Assembly: GCA_021151625.1 (NCBI GenBank)
Contig: JAGKWY010000007.1
Location: 1,095-65,094 of the forward strand
Direction: 5' to 3'
Source of the DNA: Gammaproteobacteria bacterium
GTDB lineage: Bacteria > Pseudomonadota > Gammaproteobacteria > Pseudomonadales > Cellvibrionaceae
DNA: 64,000 nt
Positions 55,307-64,000 of the stretch are shown piece after piece. Positions within the stretch are counted from its first letter, which is position 1, and every line of letters starts with the position of its first letter. The notes below the pieces were generated by a model, which was not told the DNA's origin, did no database searches, and saw only the letters and a program-made list of their open reading frames with translations. A program made the position numbers and the translations under genes.

Positions 55307-56905
55307 TTATCGAAGGGGTGTTATCTCAACCAGATACACATCATTTTCACGCAGTGGCAAATCCAGCTGGTATTTACCATCACGAGCGATGCGAATAGTT
55401 TTTTCTACAAAAGGTTTACCGGTCGCCAGTGCTTTGAGTTCAGCGACTTGCGCGCGAGTTAATTGCGCCGGCGACCCCATACGAATGTAAGCCGTATAGG
55501 CATCATTTTTTTGGTAACCTACTTGAGAAAGCGCCAGTTTGTAGCTACCCTTTTTCAATCCACTCACGCGAATGGCCGCTTCACCCTTACTTGCGGGCGG
55601 CAAATCTTTAATGTAGTACTGCTGATTATTGATGCCTTCCGGCAAGGTAAAGGTAGAATCCCACAACAACACTTGCACACTGCCTTTACCATCTGTTGCT
55701 GCAATGGATTGGGCATCATTATTTTTTAATTCAGTTGCTGATAGTTTATTGAGGAATTGATAGGCAAAGTATGCCGGCTTTTTTATGCCCTGGGTATTCA
55801 TCAAACCAAAGCCGCCATGGAATGCCTCAAAGCGTGGCCCCGGCTCTTCAAAGATATCAGTAAAAACCCAATACGACATAGATTGCGCTGCACTGCCAAC
55901 TTGTTTTAATTTTTGCAGGATATAAGCCGGCTGATGGTAAGAGTCATGGGTTGGGTCTGCCGGTGTATAAGACGAACTCCATTCGGTGTAATGCAATTCC
56001 AGATCAGGCATGGCCGATGCCGCAATCTCAGCGCGATTTTTTAATACATCGCGCGCAACCGCCAGTTCATCTTTGGACAAGACTGTGCCCGTATTGCCAT
56101 ACTCATCCAGGAACCCCTGATTAACACCGTAAGAATGTGTACTTACAAAATCTAACGGCACTTTGTGTTGTGCGCAGTAGGCGATCATCTCTGGAATCCA
56201 TGCTGCACCAGCAGTCGCTGGCCCACCTACTTTATAATTCGGATTTACACTTTTGATTGCCCGTGCACTGTGAGCATAGAGTTTGAAATAATCTTGTTGG
56301 CTACCTGCCCAAAAGCCATCGAGATTAGGTTCATTCCAAACTTCAAAATACCAGCTCGCAACCTCTTCTGTACCATAACGCTGTGTCCAATGCTCGGTAA
56401 GTTTTTTTATCAACGCTTCCCATTTCTCATAGCTATGAGGCGGTGTGACGTTGCCACGCCACCAAAAAATAGTTTTATCGCCACTAGCCAGCGCCGAGGG
56501 CATAAAACCCAGCTCAACAAAAGGTTTCATACCAATGCTGAGAATATAATCGTAAAGCGCATCTATATATTGGAAGTTGTAATGCTCGCGCCCCTGGGCA
56601 TCAATTTTATATACGCCCATATCATCGGTAAGCAGACCGTGCATGCGAATATAACGAAAGCCGGCATCGCGTTTTATTTCAGCTAACTGCTGTTGCCAAT
56701 CGGCACGCAGACCTTCATTGGCACGCCCGGCTCCGATACTTACATCAAAAAAGCGATTTAATTCACCGTTAGTTTGAGACACATCTACTGCAATCACACG
56801 CTCCTGTGCGCATAAAGCCGCTGATGAGAAGAGCAAAAAAAACGCGCAGGCACTTTTAATGGATAGGCATTTAATGGATAGGCATTTAGTGACCAGGTTT
56901 TTCAT
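55307..56905 (-). CDS. GH39 beta-xylosidase
   Basis: Signal peptide. WYFEVWNEPNL (acid/base Glu) and HYTEWSS (nucleophile Glu) motifs. About 532 aa. Confidence 0.88.
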   Translation of the reverse strand: MKNLVTKCLSIKCLSIKSACAFFLLFSSAALCAQERVIAVDVSQTNGELNRFFDVSIGAGRANEGLRADWQQQLAEIKRDAGFRYIRMHGLLTDDMGVYKIDAQGREHYNFQYIDALYDYILSIGMKPFVELGFMPSALASGDKTIFWWRGNVTPPHSYEKWEALIKKLTEHWTQRYGTEEVASWYFEVWNEPNLDGFWAGSQQDYFKLYAHSARAIKSVNPNYKVGGPATAGAAWIPEMIAYCAQHKVPLDFVSTHSYGVNQGFLDEYGNTGTVLSKDELAVARDVLKNRAEIAASAMPDLELHYTEWSSSYTPADPTHDSYHQPAYILQKLKQVGSAAQSMSYWVFTDIFEEPGPRFEAFHGGFGLMNTQGIKKPAYFAYQFLNKLSATELKNNDAQSIAATDGKGSVQVLLWDSTFTLPEGINNQQYYIKDLPPASKGEAAIRVSGLKKGSYKLALSQVGYQKNDAYTAYIRMGSPAQLTRAQVAELKALATGKPFVEKTIRIARDGKYQLDLPLRENDVYLVEITPLR

Positions 56906-56907
56906 AA

Positions 56908-58248
56908 TTATTTTCCCGCTCCTTCCAATAACGCATCCAGGGTTTGTTGATCGGCAATGGTATTTTGTTTGCGATCGATAATGCCTGAACTGAAATTATC
57001 CAGCCCGCCATTATCCCAATAGAACGGCAACATGCCATTCGCCAAAGCCTGTTGCACCACATACTTGTGATAGTAGGCGCGCCCTGCCAGATGCAAAGTC
57101 AGTGCATCACCCGTCAGGTTGGTACGGCGCATTGCCCCGAACTCACCTAACAATACGGGAATGCCTTTATCGACAAACTGGGTTTTCATGGCTTTGAACC
57201 AGGTGTCTATATACTCCTCTTCACCCCAGGTGGGGTTATGCTCGGTATCCGTTGCAGAATGAAACCCCTTGCCCCAGTAGTAGGCCTGCTTACCCCAGGA
57301 TTCATCTTTACTCATCAGCACAAAATTGTAAGGGCTGTAAAAGTGCACCTCGCTCATCAAGCGGTTACTGACCGAATCCACCGGCATTTGCGGCCATAAC
57401 TTGTTGGTTTTCTCGATATCAGTTGAAGGTCCCTGCACTACCAATACGCGGTAGGCATTTTTGCCACCGGTAGCGCGTACGGTATCGACAAAGGTTTGGT
57501 GATAGCTGAGCAATACTTGCATCTGCTCCGCATTTTCCACATTGGGCTCATTGGCGCTGGCAAACATCACTCGCTCATCAAAATCGCGCAGCTCAGTGGC
57601 GATTTGCTCCCAAAAGGCTTTTTGTTTGGCATTGTTCTGCTCTTGCCTGGCAGGAACTACATTGTTTTCCAACCAACCACCATCCCAATGGATATTGATC
57701 AGCACATACATATCAGAATCTAGCGCGTATTGGACTACCTGCTTTACTCGCTCGAGCCAGGTAGCGCTGATTTCTGCCGTTTGCGGGTTGGCGTATTGAT
57801 CCCAGGCCAGGGGAATACGCACAGCATCAAACCCTTTTGCCTTCAGCAATTGAATCAGTTCTTTAGATACCTGAGGATTGCCCCAGGCAGTCTCGCCACC
57901 AATGGCTTCCATAGTGTTGCCAATATTCCAACCCAGTTTAATTTTACTGGCGAGCTGGGCGGCATTGCTTTGCATACCTGTTGCATCAGCGGGCAAAGGA
58001 TTTTTGTTGTAGTCAGGGAAAAATGCAGTCACCGAGCTAGTCGATGAGGCACTACTAATAGAGGCTGAGGAACTGGTTAGGGCGAGGACACTAGAAACTG
58101 AACTACTGCTCAAAACTGAGCTGCTGCTTGAAGGTGTGACCGATGCGTTGCCGGGAACACTTGAGCTACCTGCACTACCTCCACCACCACCACAGCCGGA
58201 GATTATTGCCAGAACACCTGATAAGAAAAGTAGGTTTATTATTTTCAT
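56908..58248 (-). CDS. GH5 endoglucanase-type lipoprotein with Ser-rich linker
   Basis: Lipobox IISGC and a Ser-rich linker. GH5 motifs GWNIGNTME, FASANEPN and LGEFGA. ATG at 58248 with GGAG 8 nt upstream. Confidence 0.85.
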   Translation of the reverse strand: MKIINLLFLSGVLAIISGCGGGGGSAGSSSVPGNASVTPSSSSSVLSSSSVSSVLALTSSSASISSASSTSSVTAFFPDYNKNPLPADATGMQSNAAQLASKIKLGWNIGNTMEAIGGETAWGNPQVSKELIQLLKAKGFDAVRIPLAWDQYANPQTAEISATWLERVKQVVQYALDSDMYVLINIHWDGGWLENNVVPARQEQNNAKQKAFWEQIATELRDFDERVMFASANEPNVENAEQMQVLLSYHQTFVDTVRATGGKNAYRVLVVQGPSTDIEKTNKLWPQMPVDSVSNRLMSEVHFYSPYNFVLMSKDESWGKQAYYWGKGFHSATDTEHNPTWGEEEYIDTWFKAMKTQFVDKGIPVLLGEFGAMRRTNLTGDALTLHLAGRAYYHKYVVQQALANGMLPFYWDNGGLDNFSSGIIDRKQNTIADQQTLDALLEGAGK

Positions 58249-58450
58249 TGTGAGTCTCCAAGCTAAAAACCCCACAGCCGGAGAACAGCCTAAGCTCCAG
58301 CAGCAGGGCGGGGAAAATAGAGCGCGAGTTTGCTAAAAATTGGCCAGGGGAAGCTAGTACTTGCCCTAAAAATTGTTCCAATTTGCAAATAGTTGAAGTT
58401 TTTTTAATTTAATTTGAAGTTGGAATGCCTGACGTTTACGAATTACCGGA

Positions 58451-59632
58451 TCAATCTGGTTTTTGCCGCTCACTAGCAGCTGTCTGAGCGGAAAGATTTT
58501 TGAAGGTTTTAGGTGTGCAGTTGTATTCCTCCTTGAACAACTTGTTGAAGTAGGAAACATTTTTATAACCCACCGAATAAGCAATCTCGGCAATATTGGC
58601 ATCTTCTGTCTCCGCCAACAGACGAGCAGCTTCCGTTAAACGCAACTTGTTCAGATAGCCGGTGAAGGTGAAGCCAAGCTCTGCCTTGAGGATATCGTTG
58701 ATCTTGGTGCGACTCACCCCTATTGCGGCCGCCATAGCATCCAGAGTGAGTTCGGAATTAGCGTATTGAGTAGCCATAAAGTGCAGTATTGCACTCTTGT
58801 CTTTGTCGCGATGTGGCTCAACCGATAACTGCTGATAGGCCAGTAGCGGCCGGTCACGTTGCAGCTTCTCTTTCAGGTCCTGAGTCAGCGCACGAGTATG
58901 CTGGCGAAACAACCAGACACCATAGATACTCCAGATTAACAACAACCCTGCTATCTGCAGATAGGTGTAAAACCAGTTACGCCCGCTGAGCCTGATTTCG
59001 CTAATCTGGACATTGGAATCCAGATTAAAGGGACTTTGGAAGCTACTGCCGAAACTCATTTTGAACACCTTGTTCAATTGATAATCCTTGCGCGACAACT
59101 CCACCTTGTACATGTCGTACCACCACTGTGGTGTTTCCAGATGAGTCAAATCCAGCTCTACAGGTGCCCAGGTATCATTACAGGAAAAAAAAGTTGCCGG
59201 GCTGCGATTACTTAAAAAATCACCAGCATCGGAAACCCGTTCATCAAAGGTAACTATGGAAAAGTTCAGTACATTGGCGGGGGCACATTTGACATCAAAA
59301 ACGATCTTGTCAAAATGCGCTAAATCAATGGGCTCCAAAACACCCGGCTTCTTGCCAAATGCAAGACTCATGGCGGCATAGGGATAACGCGCCTGGTGCG
59401 ATAGGTTCAGGGTAAAATTCAGGCTAAACCGGTCATCAGCCACAGTCACGGTAGATAAACCACCCTGCGGGGCATCATTATTTAACTCGCTATGCCAACC
59501 CCAATCGCTTTTACTCGCTGGCAGTAACCTTGCAGTTACCTGGCTATGCTGGGTACAAAAATAGCTAAACAGTCCCGAGACAGCGAGTAAGCATAAAAAA
59601 CTAATAAGAATTTTTTTATAAAAGGATTGCAT
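58451..59632 (-). CDS. AraC-family transcriptional regulator with N-terminal membrane-anchored sensor domain
   Basis: Signal/TM segment, roughly 200-aa extracytoplasmic domain, second TM, and a C-terminal AraC HTH (IAEIAYSVGYKNVSYFNKLFKEEY). Confidence 0.85.
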   Translation of the reverse strand: MQSFYKKILISFLCLLAVSGLFSYFCTQHSQVTARLLPASKSDWGWHSELNNDAPQGGLSTVTVADDRFSLNFTLNLSHQARYPYAAMSLAFGKKPGVLEPIDLAHFDKIVFDVKCAPANVLNFSIVTFDERVSDAGDFLSNRSPATFFSCNDTWAPVELDLTHLETPQWWYDMYKVELSRKDYQLNKVFKMSFGSSFQSPFNLDSNVQISEIRLSGRNWFYTYLQIAGLLLIWSIYGVWLFRQHTRALTQDLKEKLQRDRPLLAYQQLSVEPHRDKDKSAILHFMATQYANSELTLDAMAAAIGVSRTKINDILKAELGFTFTGYLNKLRLTEAARLLAETEDANIAEIAYSVGYKNVSYFNKLFKEEYNCTPKTFKNLSAQTAASERQKPD

Positions 59633-59738
59633 GCTTAACCTGAAGGACTGGTGGTAATTGCTTATTCTTGTCAGTAACCGGGCAAATGCAGCTAAATTTA
59701 CACAAATTTAATTACATACCCTGCACCAGCCTTAAACG

Positions 59739-60173
59739 CTAGGCAGTTCGCCGCCAAAGATAAAACCCCAACCACATAAAACCGGCGGAAAACAGCAAAC
59801 CTATGTAATGGGATTTTTTAACTCCGGTTACCAATACTGCATCCGTGTAATCATCCGGGTTTACATAAACCTTTACCGATTGACTGGATAACCGAATTTC
59901 ATCAGTTCGGCTTATACCATAACCAATTCGAGTTCCCTGATACTTTTTCCCATCAATTTCATAGGTGTATTTCAGCCAGTTGGTACGAAATAATGAATAG
60001 CCTTGGTTTCTCTGGTTTTCCATCACCCCGGAATAAGTTTGCCAGCTCTCTGCAGCTTGCGTTTTCAGAATATTCTTACTAGTAATAAGAAAAAAAAGCC
60101 CTGCTGCCAATATACACAAACCAAAAAAGAATGAGCGCAAGCGCTGGTATTTTTTCTCTATTTCCAGATTCAT
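59739..60173 (-). CDS. DUF3592-like two-TM membrane protein
   Basis: TM, roughly 90-aa beta-rich segment, then TM. The family name is from memory. Confidence 0.5.
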   Translation of the reverse strand: MNLEIEKKYQRLRSFFFGLCILAAGLFFLITSKNILKTQAAESWQTYSGVMENQRNQGYSLFRTNWLKYTYEIDGKKYQGTRIGYGISRTDEIRLSSQSVKVYVNPDDYTDAVLVTGVKKSHYIGLLFSAGFMWLGFYLWRRTA

Positions 60174-60201
60174 TGTCGCAAAGCCTCACAACAGAATTTT
60201 A

Positions 60202-60927
60202 TTACCAAAGGAATAAAAATATGCAGGTGTTCATCGTGATGTTAAACACCATATGCGACAAAATACCGATATAGATACTGCCACTTCTGGCTCTTAACCA
60301 GGCGAACATCCAGGCCACCAGAAACATCAACACAAACCAGAGTGCACCGGATACTGGCAAATAGGTTAACCCGGTTTCAGTTTTGATAATACCGTGATGC
60401 ACCTGATGAATAAGGGCAAACAGGGTGCACTCAATCACTGTACTAGTATTGATACTAAACTTTTGCTCCAGTGTTTTTTGCAATTGGCCACGATAGAAAA
60501 TCTCTTCGCCAACCGGGCTGAACAACATCGCCGGTATGGTAAAAATCAGGCTTAGCATCCAAAAAGACATGGTAGAGGTATCCATCATTGCCTTGTAGCT
60601 ATTGCCGATATTCACAAACCAGTTATCTACCGCCTTGCCAAACAGCAAATACCCCAGCACAAAACAAAACAGCGCTGCACCGAGCCCGGTAATTATGGCG
60701 AGCAAATAGCGCGAAGCTGTGTCTGGTCGCTGTAACCCAATCTGGCGACGACCATCAGTAGTCAGCAAAACCCAAGGCAATATCGCCATAAGGCAAAAAC
60801 TGAGCGGCAATACCCAGCGCAATGAAGATGGCCCCAGAACACCCAGGGCGCGAACTGCACTAAATCCAATCACCAATATGCTGATAATAATGAGTGACGC
60901 ACTGGGCGAGATAAATTTTTTATACAA
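60202..60927 (-). CDS. CPBP family intramembrane glutamic endopeptidase
   Basis: Multi-TM protein with EEIFYRG, FALIH..HH and LSHMVFN motifs. Confidence 0.8.
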   Translation of the reverse strand: MYKKFISPSASLIIISILVIGFSAVRALGVLGPSSLRWVLPLSFCLMAILPWVLLTTDGRRQIGLQRPDTASRYLLAIITGLGAALFCFVLGYLLFGKAVDNWFVNIGNSYKAMMDTSTMSFWMLSLIFTIPAMLFSPVGEEIFYRGQLQKTLEQKFSINTSTVIECTLFALIHQVHHGIIKTETGLTYLPVSGALWFVLMFLVAWMFAWLRARSGSIYIGILSHMVFNITMNTCIFLFLW

Positions 60928-61226
60928 GATAGAATCCCTTATTAATTGATGGGCAGCACAGCAACATCAGTTTGACGCAAATTATAAAATTTTGGATTCA
61001 ACCAGACACGTTCCAAGGCTATTGATATTCAGCACTAGAGACAAGAGCAGGAGAAGATTTTTATGCAGGACAGGAGAAAGGTTTGAGCGATATTTTTTTG
61101 GGGGGGAGGGAGAGAAGCGCGCTATGTGAATCTCACATAACGCGCGTAAATATCGAGCGGAAAACTGTTTATCAGCCAACCAAAAACCTTAGCCAGCAAT
61201 TCAGGGGCTGGCCAATAAATCAGACA

Positions 61227-62699
61227 CTAATCAATAAATAAAGTACCCAGGTAAAACAAACCGCCCGACAAACAAATAGTTGCTGGCAAGGTGAACAACC
61301 AGGCAAGCAAAATGGTTTTCACGGTACTGAATTGCAAACCGGATTTGTTCGCTACCATGGTACCGGCTACCGCCGAAGACAATACGTGCGTGGTAGACAC
61401 AGGCATACCCGTCACACTCGCCACACCAATCGCCGTGGCCGCAGTAATTTGTGCAGACATACCTTGCGAATAGGTCATGCTACTTTTACCAATTTTTTCA
61501 CCTACGGTCAGTACAATGCGCTTCCAGCCCATCATGGTACCCAGACCTAACGCTAAAGCAACCGCAATGATCACCCAGAAAGGCGCGTATTCGGTAGTGA
61601 CCGTCAGGTCTTTGCGCAGGCTATCCAAATCGGATTTTTCCTTACCGCTAAAACCATCAAGCTTGGATACTTTTTTCGCTGCATCATCAATACACAACAA
61701 CAAACGGCGAATTTTGCGACGCTCACTCAATTCCAGATCGCGGTATTGGGTCATGCCCTGCATTTCGGTGATTAGTGAGTTAATCACCAGCATGCTTTCT
61801 TTGGCATTACATTTAAAGGTTTCCGGCAAAACAGCATCAGCAGATGCTTTGACATCAATCACCGAGCTTACTTTTGCCTCATGCTCTTTATAGAAAGTTT
61901 GCAAATGCACAGCAGCATCGCGGGTGCGTTCAACTTGATATTTGCTACTGTCCAGATTCAGCACAAATTGCGCCGGCGCCAAACCAATCAGCACCAACAT
62001 AATCAAACCAATACCTTTTTGACCATCGTTGGAACCATGCACAAAACTTACACCCATGGCAGAGGCCACCAAGGTGACACGCGTCCAGAATGGCGGGTGT
62101 TTTTTGCCATCGATTTGCTCGCGCTCTTGCGGGGTTTTATGGATTTTGGGACCAGTGAAGATTTTTTTAAGCAGCAGTAATACCAACGCCGCCACACCAA
62201 AACCTACCAGCGGCGAGATCAGCAAAGACAGCATAATATCAATGGCTTTTTTAACGTTCACACCTTCGCTGATTGGAATATCGGAAATCAGCGCATTCGC
62301 CAGACACACACCTAACAAGGAACCAATCAATGTGTGTGAGCTGGATGCGGGAATACCGAAATACCAGGTGCCCAGGTTCCAGACAATGGCGGCAGCCAAC
62401 AGAGAAAACACCAGCACCATGCCACGCACCGAGGTGATGTTCAGCAACATATCTACCGGCAGCAGGTGCACTATCGCGTAGGCAACCCCTAACCCACCCA
62501 GCATCACACCCAGAAAGTTAAAAATACCCGAGGCAATTACTGCCAGGTGAGGATTCATCGCCTTGGTATAGATGACAGTAGCTACCGCGTTGGCGGTATC
62601 GTGAAAGCCATTAATGAATTCGTAGGCGAGAACGAAGGCGAGTGCCAAAAAAAGGCTGGCCCCCATGAAAAAACCGAGCCCGGTGAACATTTCTAACAT
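61227..62699 (-). CDS. Inorganic phosphate transporter, PiT family
   Basis: GFHDTANAVAT and the mirrored SNDGQKG / PVSTTHVLSSAV motifs, with a large central cytoplasmic loop. Confidence 0.9.
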   Translation of the reverse strand: MLEMFTGLGFFMGASLFLALAFVLAYEFINGFHDTANAVATVIYTKAMNPHLAVIASGIFNFLGVMLGGLGVAYAIVHLLPVDMLLNITSVRGMVLVFSLLAAAIVWNLGTWYFGIPASSSHTLIGSLLGVCLANALISDIPISEGVNVKKAIDIMLSLLISPLVGFGVAALVLLLLKKIFTGPKIHKTPQEREQIDGKKHPPFWTRVTLVASAMGVSFVHGSNDGQKGIGLIMLVLIGLAPAQFVLNLDSSKYQVERTRDAAVHLQTFYKEHEAKVSSVIDVKASADAVLPETFKCNAKESMLVINSLITEMQGMTQYRDLELSERRKIRRLLLCIDDAAKKVSKLDGFSGKEKSDLDSLRKDLTVTTEYAPFWVIIAVALALGLGTMMGWKRIVLTVGEKIGKSSMTYSQGMSAQITAATAIGVASVTGMPVSTTHVLSSAVAGTMVANKSGLQFSTVKTILLAWLFTLPATICLSGGLFYLGTLFID

Positions 62700-62793
62700 A
62701 GGTTATCCGCTTGACTGAGAAGATCGATCTGAATACCACCCTCTCCCTGTGGGCGGCTTTTTTGTAATCGCATCCGGAACGGATGGCTAGCAA

Positions 62794-63000
62794 TTACAGA
62801 CCAACAACGTTCTCAGCTTGTGGGCCTTTTTGGCCTGGCTTAACGTCGAACTCTACTTTTTGGCCTTCAACCAGGGTTTTGAAACCTGAGCCAGTGATAG
62901 CGCTGTAGTGAACGAATACGTCTTGACCTGCTTCACTTGCGATGAAACCGAAACCTTTAGACTCATTGAACCACTTAACGGTGCCAGTACTTCTAGCCAT
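62794..63000 (-). CDS. Cold-shock protein (CspA family)
   Basis: [20 protein letters not shown] ... [11 protein letters not shown]1/RNP2 motifs. 68 aa from the ATG at 63000. Confidence 0.95.
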   Translation of the reverse strand: MARSTGTVKWFNESKGFGFIASEAGQDVFVHYSAITGSGFKTLVEGQKVEFDVKPGQKGPQAENVVGL

Positions 63001-63409
63001 GATAAACCTCGATGCTCTATACAAAATAATAAATTGAATACCCCAAGAGGAGCTTAGGCTGGCGAATTCAGATGTTACTTATGAAGAACAATACGAGGTA
63101 CTAATAGATTTACTGCTAGAACAACGGATAGGACTTACCATAAATAATGCTGCAGAAGGGCCAGCTGAACTGCACTATATTCCGCCCCTTTCATGATGTA
63201 AAGGTTTAATTTGGGCCATAAAAATCCACTTTTGGCTATAAGGCGCAAACCGCTGCGGCAATTTGTCACTCCCTCTATCACGGCATAAACCGTTAGTATT
63301 TTAACCATCGCCAGCCGCACTAAATACGACTGGCGACGCTCACTTTCACTTAACCGGAACCCCCGGTTAATCTCCCTGGGGCTGGAGTTCCAGCCCATTT
63401 TTCACAACA

Positions 63410-63967
63410 CTAACAACGCAACTCCAACGCCGCTAGCTTGACCCACTTTCCATGAAGTTCGTTGTAATAACTCCCCGATGTTTTTGCTTTCGCTAAAATT
63501 GCCTCAAAAACTTTCAAAGCACGCTCCATATGCCCTTGCTTCTGCAATAGCTTGGCAAAATGGTAACTTGCTTCAGCACCGGGGTAATACGAGTCCAGTA
63601 CCTCATATTCATGCAAAGCGCCCTGGTTATCACCCAAAGCCTCAAGCACTCTCGCATACAATAAATGAGCATCTGGATTTTTATAGTCCGGGTTTCTAGC
63701 AATTAATTCGTCCAGCAATCCTTTAACATTCGCATATTGCCCCAAACCAAACTCAGCCTGGGCCAAGCCATACATAAACAACGGGTCAAACTCATGGATT
63801 CCTTTTAAGCAATCCTTATACAGAATTGCAGCTTCCGAATACTGCTCTTTGGTTAGCAACTCCTGCGCAAGACGCAATGCATTTTCAGTAGTTTTTGCGA
63901 TTTGATAATCCTGCGCAGCGCTTTTTAAATCACGGTCTGGATTCACCAGATCCTGCACCTTTCTCAT
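63410..63967 (-). CDS. Tetratricopeptide-repeat protein
   Basis: 185 aa of TPR-like helical pairs (YSEAAILYKDCL, LGQYANVKGLLDELI, GDNQGALHEYEVL). Confidence 0.7.
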   Translation of the reverse strand: MRKVQDLVNPDRDLKSAAQDYQIAKTTENALRLAQELLTKEQYSEAAILYKDCLKGIHEFDPLFMYGLAQAEFGLGQYANVKGLLDELIARNPDYKNPDAHLLYARVLEALGDNQGALHEYEVLDSYYPGAEASYHFAKLLQKQGHMERALKVFEAILAKAKTSGSYYNELHGKWVKLAALELRC

Positions 63968-64000
63968 GGTCTTTCTTCCAGATCTGGTTCCAGCAAAATC
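63964..64000 (-). CDS. 3' end of an upstream gene (partial, 12 codons)
   Basis: The frame reads ...ILLEPDLEERP-TGA, with the stop overlapping the TPR ATG (ATGA). Too short to judge. Confidence 0.2.
   Translation of the reverse strand, partial: ILLEPDLEERP

Noticed and set aside
63135-63398. 87-aa ORF upstream of the cold-shock gene
   Set aside because: There is no RBS and the composition is implausible. It lies where a csp 5' leader and promoter are expected.

Overview
This 64 kb window is gammaproteobacterial chromosome. The secreted CAZymes with Ser-rich linkers suggest a Cellvibrio-like polysaccharide degrader, but that is inference only.

Core backbone:
- A housekeeping block on the left: pepN, a YeaC-like gene, a rhomboid protease, a metallophosphoesterase, nadK and a DUF1853-like gene.
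- tRNA-Val and tRNA-Asp, trmA, rmuC and murI.
- An envelope lipoprotein triad and an ExuT-like MFS transporter.
- An AddAB-like nuclease/helicase pair, then acpH.
- An RND efflux pair followed by an OmpR/HK two-component system, MipA and a di-haem peroxidase-like lipoprotein.
- A pectate lyase and a GH5-GH39-GH43-GH127 glycan-utilisation locus with an AraC regulator.
- A PiT phosphate transporter and a cold-shock protein.

Main finding: a roughly 6.2 kb, visibly AT-richer segment (about 40.5-46.7 kb) looks like an integron gene-cassette array without an integrase (CALIN-like).
- It holds at least ten short minus-strand ORFs: three GNATs, an HD/SpoT-type hydrolase, a DUF2185-like protein, a possible Mrr/PD-(D/E)xK-like protein and several orphans.
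- The ORFs are separated by 105-134 nt imperfect palindromes with TAAC...TTGTTA ends and unpaired bases on one arm, which are attC hallmarks.
- One site is interrupted by an internally deleted IS110-family transposase remnant.

Other items worth a second look:
- A secreted pentad-repeat protein whose perfect amino-acid repeats are encoded by synonymously diverged DNA, with a tightly coupled Cys-rich partner.
- A 6 x 17-nt tandem repeat at the response-regulator start.
- A 27-aa all-acidic micro-ORF.
- Several intergenic repeat and palindrome sets.

No CRISPR array, rRNA or prophage is visible. All family assignments come from motif recognition by eye. No database search was run.
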